The notes under the pieces are model-generated. The model did no database searches. It had not been told where the DNA came from and was given only the letters and a program-made list of their open reading frames with translations. Below, piece by piece: positions 8,747 to 18,164 of a DNA stretch of 64,000 nt; within the stretch, counting starts at the first letter, position 1; every line of letters begins with the position of its first letter. The position numbers were made by a program, and so were the translations under genes. This stretch comes from an uncultured Anaerolineales bacterium (lineage in GTDB: Bacteria; Chloroflexota; Anaerolineae; B4-G1), in NCBI GenBank assembly GCA_964542755.1, contig CAZIWL010000007.1, positions 1,146 through 65,145 of the forward strand, in the 5' to 3' direction.

Positions 8747-10177
8747 TTAGTCGGCGGTCTCGCCTCGTCCCTTCATGAATAGATAGCCGATGAGAGAGAC
8801 GATGACGGTCGCTGCTGCGAAGAGCCAGGTGGAGCCGGGGACACGCTTGAGCGAGCGCCATTTCTCCCCCAGTGACAGGTTCATGAGGAAGCCGGCGATG
8901 GGCTTGTGCTCCCGGCGGGCGATAGCGATGCGCTCCTTGAGGAGCTGTCTCACCTCGCCTGGCGGCAGCGAGGATACCAGGTCGGCCAGCATGGCCCCTT
9001 CTTCCTGGGTGATGGACGCCTTCTCTTCCATCAGCTCCTGGTAGGAATCTGCGGTCTGTTCGACGATGTTCGACCAGTCCAGGTGGCTCACCCGCTCCCG
9101 AGCATTCTGGCAGAGAGCCTCGTAGTCCGCTGCGGAGAGATCGCAGATGCGGCGCACGCTCTGTGCGAACCGTCTTGGGCCTGTCTCCTTCGGAAGGCGC
9201 GCACCGACCTGGTCGTCCACGAGTTCGTCGATCGTCTCATTCGAGAGCCCCACGACGGGCGTCCCCGAGGCGAGTGCCTCGATGACCACCAGGCTCTGCA
9301 CCTCCATCTTAGAGGCCGAGACAAAGATGTGGCTCCGCTCAAGGTAGGAGGGGATCTCCGGATGGGGAACCTGCCCGGCGAACAACACGTTCTCCAGATC
9401 TTGATCACGGCACGTCTGCTCCAGGCGCACTCGATACTCAGGGTTCAGCGCCTTGCCCAGCAGGACCAGCTTGTAGTGCTCTGGCAGGTGGGCAAGGGCG
9501 TTGATGAGATAGGCCTGGTTCTTGCGCTCGCTGAGGTACCCGATGAACACAAGCATCTTCTCCTCAGCCTCCACATCCGCGGTGGCACGGCCCGTATAGT
9601 GATCGAGATCCCGCCCATTCGGGATCACGAAGACCTGTCCCCTGTAGCCGAATTCGCGCAGCGCGCTCAAGGCTGACTGGTTCAGGGCTATGATGGCGTC
9701 GCAGTTGGTGTAGAAATCCGTCAGCACGCGACGTGAGATGGACTCACTCAAGGACCCCTGAAGCAGTTTCATGTCCAACGCGTCCGTCGCTCCGAAATCC
9801 AGGACCTTGCCGGGCAGCACGTGACTCGTGTGCACAAAGGGCACGCGGTTCATCTTGGCCCATATCTGGCCGATCAGGCCTACCAGGGCGGGTTCGTGGG
9901 CGTGGACGACGTCAGGACTGAAGGTGTCAAGGAAGTCGAACAGAGCCCGCACCGTCTTGGCTGAGAGTGCCGGCATCTGAAACTCACCTTCTCCCGCGCT
10001 TCGCACGCCAAACACGTGGAGTTGACTATCTTCTTCCTGGAACAGCCCCGTCTCGCGGGAGGGGCAGATCATGACCGTCTCGTGGTGTTCCGCGAAGTGA
10101 CGCGCAAGCTCGTGAGCCACGCGCCCTTCGCCTCCCCCGTGACCTCTCCTGAACAACGACAAGAAAGCGACTCTCAT
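8747..10177 (-). CDS. GT4 (GT-B) glycosyltransferase, diacylglycerol-glucosyltransferase-like, with a C-terminal extension and membrane anchor
   Basis: GGGEG; DVVHAHEP; VHTSH; IPNG; FIGYLSERKN; EVQSLVVIEALASGTP (EX7E region); C-terminal hydrophobic helix WLFAAATVIVSLIGYLFM. Confidence 0.88.
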   Translation of the reverse strand: MRVAFLSLFRRGHGGGEGRVAHELARHFAEHHETVMICPSRETGLFQEEDSQLHVFGVRSAGEGEFQMPALSAKTVRALFDFLDTFSPDVVHAHEPALVGLIGQIWAKMNRVPFVHTSHVLPGKVLDFGATDALDMKLLQGSLSESISRRVLTDFYTNCDAIIALNQSALSALREFGYRGQVFVIPNGRDLDHYTGRATADVEAEEKMLVFIGYLSERKNQAYLINALAHLPEHYKLVLLGKALNPEYRVRLEQTCRDQDLENVLFAGQVPHPEIPSYLERSHIFVSASKMEVQSLVVIEALASGTPVVGLSNETIDELVDDQVGARLPKETGPRRFAQSVRRICDLSAADYEALCQNARERVSHLDWSNIVEQTADSYQELMEEKASITQEEGAMLADLVSSLPPGEVRQLLKERIAIARREHKPIAGFLMNLSLGEKWRSLKRVPGSTWLFAAATVIVSLIGYLFMKGRGETAD

Positions 10178-10252
10178 ACTCTCCTCTGAGCCTATGTATC
10201 CTCCGGTGGAGCCGTGTTGGCCTCGGGTTCGAAGGTCTTCCTGGGTGGGTCC

Positions 10253-11416
10253 TCAGGTGCCTCTGGTGTCAAAGTCGAAACGGTCGAAGACCTCCCTGTA
10301 CCGGTCCACGATCTGCTCCTGGGTCAGTCCCATCTCCTCGAGCGAATACTCGTGCTCACTCTCGTGTTGACGGGCTCGCCGCGTCGCCTGGATCAGTATC
10401 TCGTCAAACTCGGAGCTCAGCTCCAAGCCAAATCGCTCATAGATCGTTCTCACCACCTCGTGCGCGTCGGTGACCAGATCGTCGAAACTCACCACGATGG
10501 CGCTATTCGGAAGAGCTCTGTCGAGATGCTCCAGGGGGTAGGTGTACCAGTGGTGGGCCATGTCGAGGATGTACTTGCGACTGCTGTAGGTCTCGACGGG
10601 ATCTCCCAGGAGCTGCCATTCATTCTCCTTCAAACTGATGTACGAGGGGATCATGTCGAGAGGGTTGCGCGCAAGATAGATGAACTTGGCGTCCGGAAAC
10701 TCGCGATACAGAGTGTCGACCATCGGTGAGAAATGGGGGTCCTTGGCCAGATAGCATCTCTCGCTGCCACTGTGGGCATAGATGTGTCGCTGAAGGCAGT
10801 GCGTATAGAACGCCATGATCCGTTCTTTTTCTTCTTCCGGCATCTGACTGTCGAAATACGTATACCGTTCAGCCTCATCCAGCATCGCCACGTACAGCCA
10901 TATCTTGAGCGTCGAGAAGATGTGGATCAGAAGGTACTCATCCTCTTCTGGTGCACGGAGGGCGATCCTATGAAGGACGTTGTCCTCTTGCCAGCCCTCC
11001 TCCAGCATGCCCAGCAGCCTGGCCATCGGTCTTCCGATCCGGTTGTCCAGCGAGGAGAGTGCCCAGAACGCTTTCCTCATTGTGACGGAAGGTGCGAGAA
11101 GCATCTCCCAAGTGCGCATAGAGAGGAACGTGGCCTCGTCTCTTGCCAGAAGACGCTGAAGAAAGGTCGTGCCGCTCCGTGGGTTCCCCACGATATAGAT
11201 GGGTCCTTTGATTCTTGCCTTGCGATAGCCTGGATAGAGGATCTCGTCAAGCAGGAAACCGGACCACGTCATAATCTGGACCAAGCCGTAGAGTGAGCCC
11301 GCTAGCGCTACCAGCCCGATCCGCTTCAGAGTCAGACGGTAGGCGGTCCCTTTGCTTTGAAAGAGTTGTTTGTAGAAAAATCGGGCGAAGCCCGCGAAAT
11401 TGTATGCCACGCCCAC
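10253..11416 (-). CDS. PAPS-dependent sulfotransferase with an N-terminal membrane segment
   Basis: IVGNPRSGTTFLQRLL (5'-PSB loop); LAKDPHF; YLARNPLDMIPSYISL (3'-PB motif); FDDLVTD. Confidence 0.88.
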   Translation of the reverse strand: MGVAYNFAGFARFFYKQLFQSKGTAYRLTLKRIGLVALAGSLYGLVQIMTWSGFLLDEILYPGYRKARIKGPIYIVGNPRSGTTFLQRLLARDEATFLSMRTWEMLLAPSVTMRKAFWALSSLDNRIGRPMARLLGMLEEGWQEDNVLHRIALRAPEEDEYLLIHIFSTLKIWLYVAMLDEAERYTYFDSQMPEEEKERIMAFYTHCLQRHIYAHSGSERCYLAKDPHFSPMVDTLYREFPDAKFIYLARNPLDMIPSYISLKENEWQLLGDPVETYSSRKYILDMAHHWYTYPLEHLDRALPNSAIVVSFDDLVTDAHEVVRTIYERFGLELSSEFDEILIQATRRARQHESEHEYSLEEMGLTQEQIVDRYREVFDRFDFDTRGT

Positions 11417-11471
11417 CCCTTCTTGTCCTCAGAAAGCTGCCAGGTGCACTGCCAACACGCCCAACAGCGCC

Positions 11472-12359
11472 CTAAAGCACTCCAGCTTGCACCATGATGG
11501 CCTCTATGGTCTCAAGCTCAGCGTCGTGCAGTGTCCGGAGTGGCGAGCGGACGGGCCCGCCGTAGTACCCCAAGAAATCCAGAGCGGCTTTGAGGCCGGG
11601 CACACCGAAACCCGATGTGACCGCGGTGTTGAGCGGGACCAGTCTCTGTTGGAGGATAGCGCCTTCACGCCATTCCTCCCGCCGGTAGTGATGGTATAGA
11701 TCGATCAGCATCTGGGGCGCGACATTCGCCAGGGCCATCACGCCGCCGACGGCGCCTACAGCCAGGCCTGGGAAGAAGAAGCTGGCAGATCCAGCCAGGA
11801 CTTGGAGGTCGTCCTCAGCCGCGCCCACGATTTCGGCGAGTTTGCCGACGTTACCGCCACTGTCCTTCAGTCCCACCACATTCGGATGACGCCCGATATC
11901 CAAGATGGTCTCCGCGCTCATATCGATGTGGGTAAACCGCGGCATGTTGTAGATCATTACCGGTACAGGTACCTTTTCCGCCACCGCCTCAAAGTGGCGG
12001 CGCAGGGCGCCCGGGGACATCTTCCCCCCGTAATAATGAGGGGTCAGCACGAGCACCACGTCGGCACCGGCGTCGGCAGCCAACTGGCTGACGGCGATAG
12101 TCTGCCGTGTTGACTCACATCCTGTGCCGGCGATGACGAGTTTGTCCTCCGGCACCGCCCGACGCACCGTCTGCCAGACCTTGACCTTTTCTTCCGTCGT
12201 CAGGTAGACGCCCTCCCCGTTGGAGCCGAGGACAACGTACCCGGACAGGTCATACTCGTTCCAGCGGCCCAGGTTCTCGGCCAGGGCTCCCAGGGCGAGG
12301 TCTCCCCGCTCATCGAAAGGTGTCGGGATGGGCGGAAAGACGCCGTGCAAGGATAGCAT
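11472..12359 (-). CDS. DHDPS-family class I aldolase, 4-hydroxy-2-oxoglutarate aldolase (HOGA1)-like
   Basis: GSNGE (not DapA GTTGE), GCEST, TPHYYGGKM, IYN, Schiff-base KDSGG, LAGSA, GAVGGVMALANV and GYYGGPVRSPL match the recalled HOGA1 pattern. Start moved to ATG 12359 (GGAG RBS). Confidence 0.8.
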   Translation of the reverse strand: MLSLHGVFPPIPTPFDERGDLALGALAENLGRWNEYDLSGYVVLGSNGEGVYLTTEEKVKVWQTVRRAVPEDKLVIAGTGCESTRQTIAVSQLAADAGADVVLVLTPHYYGGKMSPGALRRHFEAVAEKVPVPVMIYNMPRFTHIDMSAETILDIGRHPNVVGLKDSGGNVGKLAEIVGAAEDDLQVLAGSASFFFPGLAVGAVGGVMALANVAPQMLIDLYHHYRREEWREGAILQQRLVPLNTAVTSGFGVPGLKAALDFLGYYGGPVRSPLRTLHDAELETIEAIMVQAGVL

Positions 12360-12478
12360 CTTTGTCTCCATAAGGGTGTCGTTGCTCCTCATCCTCTTGT
12401 GTTCCGCGGATTGCCAACCCCTGCTTCTCAGAGCCCCCCGCATCGAACCGCCGGAGACTCAGCATCGTGGGGTGTGGA

Positions 12479-13666
12479 CTAAGCTCCTACCCAGGCTTGC
12501 TGCGCCGCCGCCAGGCCCGCCCCCACATCAAACCCGTAGCCCACGTCCGCCAGGCCCTGCTCGACGGCGCTGATGGTGGCCATCACGTCGGACTGATTGA
12601 CTGCCCCCATATGCCCGATGCGGAAATAGCTTGACTTGATATCCGGGTGGAGGCCGCCGGCGAGGATGACCCCCGCCTCGTTGATGCGTGCAAGCACGGA
12701 GCGATCCACGCCAGCGGGGAAGCAGGGTGCCGTAAGCGTGCGGGCTGCCACCTCAGCGGTTGCCGGGACCTGTGCCATTCCCAGGGCGGCGACAGCTGCC
12801 TTCACCGACCTGCTGACCCGTCGGTGGCGCTCAAATCGGGCGTCCATCCCCTCCTCGAGGATCTGCCCGAGGCTGATGTTAAGGGCCCAGATCAGGTTCA
12901 CCGGCGGCGTTCCGAAGTAGCCGGTCTCGCGAGCCTCGTAAGCTTCCATGATCGGCAGCCATTTCGTCCAGTCTGAGTAGTAACTCACCACGGGGGACTT
13001 CCGCTCCCAGAAAGCCTTCATCGCCCGGGGTCCGGCCATCACCAGCGCAAGCCCGGGCGGAACACCGATCGCCTTCTGCGACGCAGTCAGGGCGAGGTCG
13101 ACGCCCCAGGCATCTTGACGGAGCTCCTCACCGGCAACCGAGCAGACGCCGTCGACGACGACGAGCACGTCGTGCTCTCGCCCGATCTCTGCCAGCGCTT
13201 TCACGTCGGCTGCGACCGCCGTCGACGTGTCGACCTGGGTGATCGTCATCAGCTTATAGCCTCGTCCCGAGCTCGCCTCGTGTGCTTCCAGGGCTACCCG
13301 AACCTCATCCAGCGGCGGCACGTCGCCTATGGCGGGGGCGCGAACGTGGTTGACTTCGGCTCCGTAACGCTGCAGGATCTCGCCGAAGCGATCCCCGAAG
13401 ACCCCTGTGTTGACCACCAGGGCTGCATCGCCGGGTTCGATCAAATTCGAAGCGGCCATATCCATGGCGAGTGTGCCGGATCCGGCGACGACGAACGGCT
13501 GCGCCTCAGGGGCGAGAAACACGTGGCGCAGTCGCTCCAGCGCTGTCCCAAAAACCTCGACAAACTGGGGAGCGACGTGGCTTGTCGTAGGCATACCCAT
13601 TGCCCTCATCACAGCCGGCGTAAACTCAATGGGGCCCGGTATCATAAGAAGCTTGCGATCTTTCAT
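12479..13666 (-). CDS. Class V PLP aminotransferase, alanine-glyoxylate/serine-pyruvate aminotransferase family
   Basis: MIPGP; GSGTLAM; DTSTA; VDGVCS; TASQKA (PLP lysine); YFGTPPV; FRIGHMG. Confidence 0.9.
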   Translation of the reverse strand: MKDRKLLMIPGPIEFTPAVMRAMGMPTTSHVAPQFVEVFGTALERLRHVFLAPEAQPFVVAGSGTLAMDMAASNLIEPGDAALVVNTGVFGDRFGEILQRYGAEVNHVRAPAIGDVPPLDEVRVALEAHEASSGRGYKLMTITQVDTSTAVAADVKALAEIGREHDVLVVVDGVCSVAGEELRQDAWGVDLALTASQKAIGVPPGLALVMAGPRAMKAFWERKSPVVSYYSDWTKWLPIMEAYEARETGYFGTPPVNLIWALNISLGQILEEGMDARFERHRRVSRSVKAAVAALGMAQVPATAEVAARTLTAPCFPAGVDRSVLARINEAGVILAGGLHPDIKSSYFRIGHMGAVNQSDVMATISAVEQGLADVGYGFDVGAGLAAAQQAWVGA

Positions 13667-13717
13667 CTGTTCTACTCCTCCTCAGAATGTGGACGGTTAG
13701 GGTTATGAGGGTCAGCT

Positions 13718-14302
13718 TCAGCCGAGCTGTCCCAGTATGCTTAGAAGTTCCCGCACAAAGTTCTCAAATAGACGTAGTCCCATCTGTGCTCCAGACCAAG
13801 CCGCAATCAAGCAGAGCGGAACGACGCTGAACGCAAGCCCGCCCCAACCAATCAGAACCGCGAGGCGCGCTAACTTTTCGTCACCACACTTCCCTCTGCG
13901 AGCCATACCCCGGGCCCGATAGGCCATGGCCAAGCCCATTACGGCCCCCAGTGGCGGGAAGAAGAACGCGCCGAGCACGCTGACCAGCATGCTTACTGCC
14001 GCCGGGTTGCCCCGGAGCCGCCCCAAGAAGGCGCATAGGCCCGTGACCTGGCTACCACAGCGGTTGCAGTAGAGGGAACCCGCCTCGTTTCCGGCCCCGC
14101 ACTGATAGCACGTGATCGTCTTCTTGGGTTCGCCGACAGGCTCGGAATGGTCTAGCGTCGCCTGCGGCGCCGTTGCGCTTTGTCCGCAATACTTGCACCG
14201 TGTTCTCCCTGGCTCGACTTCAAGGAAATCGGGACTGCCGCAACCTGGGCACTTGAAGAAGTCGGCCAGGTACAATCGGTCTTTCTCCCTGTAAGGGGCC
14301 AC
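13718..14302 (-). CDS. Zinc-ribbon membrane protein (DUF4190-like C-terminus)
   Basis: CPGC...CKYC and CYQC...CNRC ribbons, followed by two hydrophobic helices (FFFPPLGAVMGL; LAVLIGWGG). Confidence 0.7.
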   Translation of the reverse strand: MAPYREKDRLYLADFFKCPGCGSPDFLEVEPGRTRCKYCGQSATAPQATLDHSEPVGEPKKTITCYQCGAGNEAGSLYCNRCGSQVTGLCAFLGRLRGNPAAVSMLVSVLGAFFFPPLGAVMGLAMAYRARGMARRGKCGDEKLARLAVLIGWGGLAFSVVPLCLIAAWSGAQMGLRLFENFVRELLSILGQLG

Positions 14303-14435
14303 GCTCCCCTCATCTGTCTCGGCCGGTCCTTTCGAGATCGCCTCCGGTCACCATAGTGTAGCCCATCCCTCTCGGTAGAGCAAGTAACACCCGGCAGCCC
14401 CCGCCTTCGACTGATCCTATGGCTCGAGGGTCCTA

Positions 14436-14464
14436 TTGCTCCTGGTCCGGCGCCGTGGTACAAT
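14436..14464 (+). promoter_or_regulatory. sigma70 promoter with extended -10
   Basis: TTGCTC(14436-14441)-17 nt-TACAAT(14459-14464), with TG at the extended -10 position. Confidence 0.6.
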
Positions 14465-14472
14465 TTGAAGCA

Positions 14473-14500
14473 GACGCCGGTGGAGAGGCGTCGTTTTTTG
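14473..14500 (+). terminator. Promoter-proximal hairpin with T-tract
   Basis: GACGCC-ggtggaga-GGCGTC followed by GTTTTTTG. Confidence 0.55.
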
Positions 14501-14541
14501 TGCCTGGGACATGACCGAAGATTCGGCCCCCGTGCTTCGAG

Positions 14542-14961
14542 ATGGGGTGCCCGACACGTTTGAGGGCTTCGCACAAGCTACAGCGAATTATGGGGAATGG
14601 AGGACATCCGCGACTGGCGCGGGAGCGTAAAACGCTCAGGGCGATGGTCCACATCGCCTGCGAGGGGCGCCACGGGACGCAGGACACCCTCTGCGACACC
14701 TGCAATCACCTCTTGCGCTACGCCCTGGGACGCCTGGATAAGTGTCCATATCAAGCCTCCAAGCCCACCTGCGCCAACTGCCCCATCCACTGTTACCATC
14801 CCGCGATGCGGGAGGAGATCCGCTCGGTGATGCGGTACGCGGGTCGGTGGATGATGCTTCGCCATCCCTTCCTGGCTCTGGGACACCTGTTTGACGGCCT
14901 GCGCAGGGCTCCGCAAGATGGGCCCCGTCAGGACAGAGAGCCGGGACACGCACCGGACTAG
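14542..14961 (+). CDS. YgbA-like Cys-rich protein ('nitrous oxide-stimulated promoter' family)
   Basis: RERKTLRAMVHIAC...H...LCDTC...YALGRLDKCPY...KPTCANCPIHCY...VMRYAG..MMLRHP is the family pattern. Alternative start at ATG 14590. Confidence 0.85.
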   Translation: MGCPTRLRASHKLQRIMGNGGHPRLARERKTLRAMVHIACEGRHGTQDTLCDTCNHLLRYALGRLDKCPYQASKPTCANCPIHCYHPAMREEIRSVMRYAGRWMMLRHPFLALGHLFDGLRRAPQDGPRQDREPGHAPD

Positions 14962-14990
14962 ACACACGTGAGTAAGGACGACAGAATCAG

Positions 14991-15893
14991 ATGACATCCC
15001 TCTTACAGAGGATACCTTTGAACCACTTTCCTTCGGAGCAGCTCGTCGCGCTCCGGAACGTGATGCGCACCCGCGCGTACAGCCGCATGACACAAGCCTT
15101 CCAAGCTGCCAAGACGGTTCTGTTCGACGATGATGCGCGCCTGGTCTTCTTTAGCGACCTTCACCGCGGAGACAGCTCACGCGCCGATGCTTTTGCCCAG
15201 AATGAGGAGCTTTTTCTTGGGGCGCTGCGTCACTATCTTGAGCGAGGCTTCAGCTACGTGGAGGTCGGTGACGGTGACGAGCTGTGGCAGAACCGCCGTC
15301 TGGGCGATGTCAAGCGGGCCCATCGGCGCACGTTCGACCTGCTCCACACCTTCGCCGCGGTTGGGCGGCTCCACTTGGTCTTTGGAAATCACGACATCCA
15401 GGGTTTCCAGCGCCGGTGGATGAAGAAAGACGGCTTGACGGCGCATGAGGGGCTCGTGCTGAAGCATGCCAGAAATGGTCAGCGCATTTTCGTCGTCCAT
15501 GGTCATCAAGTGGACTTCAAGAGCGATGCCCTCTATCGGCTTTCACGCTTGATCATCCGCCACGTCTGGCGGCACGTACAGAACCTGGGGATAACGGGCG
15601 TCGCATCGTCAATCGGGGAGTCCCGGAATCGCGAGACGATACGCCGGCGGGTCTCCGAGTGGATCGAGGCGCGCAAGCAGATGGTCATCTGCGGCCACAC
15701 CCACACGCCGAAGTGCGCTGGCCCGGGCGAACCGCCGTACTTCAATACCGGCTCCGGCGTCTTCGACGGGTACATCACGGGGCTCGAGATTCAGGACGGT
15801 GAGATAGCCCTGGTGAAGTGGTTCCGATCGGAATGGGGCCGGGCAGAAAGGTGGCTCCTGGCACCGCCGCGCCCGTTGAGCCTCGCTAGCTGA
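14991..15893 (+). CDS. Calcineurin-like metallophosphoesterase
   Basis: FSDLHRGD, VGDGDE, GNHD, VHGH, CGHTH, FNTGS. The start may be further downstream. Confidence 0.88.
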   Translation: MTSLLQRIPLNHFPSEQLVALRNVMRTRAYSRMTQAFQAAKTVLFDDDARLVFFSDLHRGDSSRADAFAQNEELFLGALRHYLERGFSYVEVGDGDELWQNRRLGDVKRAHRRTFDLLHTFAAVGRLHLVFGNHDIQGFQRRWMKKDGLTAHEGLVLKHARNGQRIFVVHGHQVDFKSDALYRLSRLIIRHVWRHVQNLGITGVASSIGESRNRETIRRRVSEWIEARKQMVICGHTHTPKCAGPGEPPYFNTGSGVFDGYITGLEIQDGEIALVKWFRSEWGRAERWLLAPPRPLSLAS

Positions 15894-15979
15894 TTCCTGC
15901 CCTGACGGGAGGCTCAGCCCGCCGCTGACGGACCACGGGGGATTGGGGACGCAGCTCGGACCCAGGTGGCTACCCGGGC

Positions 15980-16981
15980 TCAAGGCGCGCTTGCCGGATC
16001 CGTGTCGGAGTAGCGCTGGGCTATCTCGAGCAACGTCGGGATGTGTACGTTCCCCCCGCTGAGGACGACGGCGACGTTCTTGCCCAGTTGTTCGGCTCTG
16101 CCGGAAAGAACGGCGGCCAGCGCCACGGCGCCTCCCCCCTCCAGTACCAGATGATGATGCTTCAGGGCGAAGGCCATCGCCTCGGCGATCTCCTCCTCTG
16201 TTACTACCATGGTTGCATCGACGTACCTCTGGACCATGCAGAACGTGTACCGATTCGAGAGCCCGATACCGCCCGCCAGGGCGTCGGCCAGCGTCGGCTC
16301 TTCCTCCATTTCGATCGGTTTACCAGCTCTGAGGCTGTGGACCATCACCGGGGCGCGCTCCATCGATACGCCCACCGTCCGGATCGATGGGTCGGCCGCC
16401 TTCACTACCAGCGCAATACCCGAGATCAGTCCGCCGCCCGAGAGGGGGACCAGCACGGTGTCTAGCTCAGGAAGGTCCTCAAGGAGCTCCAGACCGATGG
16501 TTCCCTGTCCGGCGATGATCAGTGGATCGTCGAAGGGCGGGATCATCGTCAGCCCCTGGTCCTCCCGAACGTCGACGGCCCGCCGTTCGGCCTCGTCGTA
16601 GCTGTCGCCGTGCAGGACAACCTCGGCACCCAGACTTCGGATGCTCTCCACTTTGTTTGATGGGACGCGGGTCGACATACAGACCACGGCCCGGATCCCG
16701 AGCTCCTGTGCCACCAGAGCGACCGCCCTGCCGTGGTTCCCGCTGGAGACAGTGATGACCCCTCGGGCGCGCTGCTCCTGTTCCAGCCTGCGCAGCTTGT
16801 TGGCGGCGCCCCGGATCTTGAAGGCCCCGGAGCGCTGGACGTTCTCCAACTTCAGGTGGCAACGGACGCCCGTGCGCTCCTCCAGCGCGCTGGAGGGGAA
16901 GAGGGGTGTCCGGATGGCGATGCTCTGAATCGCACGCCTGGCCTCGTAGACGTCACGTAGCGTCACAGCTGCGTCAGTCAC
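15980..16981 (-). CDS. PLP fold-II threonine/serine dehydratase, EutB-like
   Basis: LKLENVQRSGAFKIRGA; SSGNHG; IIAGQGT; PLSGGGL; EPTLADALAGGIGLSNRYTF (EutB-type segment); VVLSGGN. Confidence 0.85.
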   Translation of the reverse strand: MTDAAVTLRDVYEARRAIQSIAIRTPLFPSSALEERTGVRCHLKLENVQRSGAFKIRGAANKLRRLEQEQRARGVITVSSGNHGRAVALVAQELGIRAVVCMSTRVPSNKVESIRSLGAEVVLHGDSYDEAERRAVDVREDQGLTMIPPFDDPLIIAGQGTIGLELLEDLPELDTVLVPLSGGGLISGIALVVKAADPSIRTVGVSMERAPVMVHSLRAGKPIEMEEEPTLADALAGGIGLSNRYTFCMVQRYVDATMVVTEEEIAEAMAFALKHHHLVLEGGGAVALAAVLSGRAEQLGKNVAVVLSGGNVHIPTLLEIAQRYSDTDPASAP

Positions 16982-17002
16982 CCTGGGCCTCCGCCGGGTT
17001 CA

Positions 17003-18130
17003 TCAGACGGCCTGCAACTCGATGATCAGATCGTGGATACGATCTAGAGCTGGGCGCAGGTAGTCAGCGGGAAGCCCAAAGCTGATTCGGAGGTGATGGT
17101 CGACACCGAAATGGTCCCCTGCCCCAACCAGGACGCTCTTCTCGCGGATGAGGCGATCCACAAGCTCAGTTGAGTTGATATCCAGGTGATAACGCGGGAA
17201 GGCGATGGCCGCTGCCCGGGGTGGAACCAGACTGAGGGTTCCTTCGTGTTCCTCCAACCAGGCCTCGAAGATCGCAAATCCCCTTCGGATATACCCGCGA
17301 ACACGCTGAATCAGACGAGGACGCACCGAGGGGGAGAGGGCAACGGTCGCGAGCTTGTTGGAAAGCATCGTGGCGCTGATTGTCGCGTACTCGTGACGTC
17401 TCCAGATGGCGTCCCGTGTCTCCTCCGGAGCAACGACCCAGCCGATGCGCAGTCCAGGCAGCCCGTAAGCCTTGCTCAGGCTGTTCATCGCCAGGACTCT
17501 GTCGTAGCGTCCCCAGAAAGTCGGCGTCTGTTCATCCGTCAGCCGTTCCGCTCCGCTGTAGACCTCGTCGGCCAGGATCCAGGCCCCCACCCGATCCGCA
17601 GCCTCCGCAATGCCGTCCATCTCGTCCTCTGAGAGGATGGCCCCCGTGGGGTTGTTCGGATTGCAGACCGCGATCAACTTGGTCTCCTCCGTCACCCTGT
17701 CGTTTAACTCGTCCAGATCCGGGGCCCATCCTTGCTCCTCTCGTAGGTGGAACGGCTTCACCCTGTACCCGCGATTGTGGCCGATGCCCCAGATCTGCAG
17801 ATAGTTGGGAAGCATCACCACGATCTCATCGCCTCTGTCGAGCATGGTCTCGACGGTGATGTAGTTAGCCTCGGCGCAGCCAACCGTCACGAGCACGTTG
17901 TCTGGACCAGCCCCCGGGTAGAGGGCGGCAATCCGCTCCCGCAGTTCCGGGGTGCCCTCCACGTGGGGGTAGTTGAGCTCTGTCGCCATCAGATCATCAA
18001 GGTCCGAACCGTCGCTCAACAACTCTTGCAGCGTCAGAGGATGGGCGCCGCTTTCGGAGAGATTGAACTCGACAGCCTGTTCCCAGTCTGACATGATGCG
18101 CTCAAGCTCGAAGGGGTGAAACTCGGTCAT
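17003..18130 (-). CDS. Class I/II PLP aminotransferase
   Basis: NPNNPTG; ADEVY; SLSKAYGLPGLRIGW (PLP lysine); HLRISF. Confidence 0.9.
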   Translation of the reverse strand: MTEFHPFELERIMSDWEQAVEFNLSESGAHPLTLQELLSDGSDLDDLMATELNYPHVEGTPELRERIAALYPGAGPDNVLVTVGCAEANYITVETMLDRGDEIVVMLPNYLQIWGIGHNRGYRVKPFHLREEQGWAPDLDELNDRVTEETKLIAVCNPNNPTGAILSEDEMDGIAEAADRVGAWILADEVYSGAERLTDEQTPTFWGRYDRVLAMNSLSKAYGLPGLRIGWVVAPEETRDAIWRRHEYATISATMLSNKLATVALSPSVRPRLIQRVRGYIRRGFAIFEAWLEEHEGTLSLVPPRAAAIAFPRYHLDINSTELVDRLIREKSVLVGAGDHFGVDHHLRISFGLPADYLRPALDRIHDLIIELQAV

Positions 18131-18164
18131 GATATCTCCTCGTCTCGCCTCGCGCTACGCGGTG

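Noticed and set aside
11472-12359. Calling the aldolase DapA or the Lhp-pathway deaminase LhpC
   Set aside because: It has GSNGE rather than GTTGE, no lysine-pathway context, and its motifs follow HOGA1. LhpC is not fully excluded without a phylogeny.
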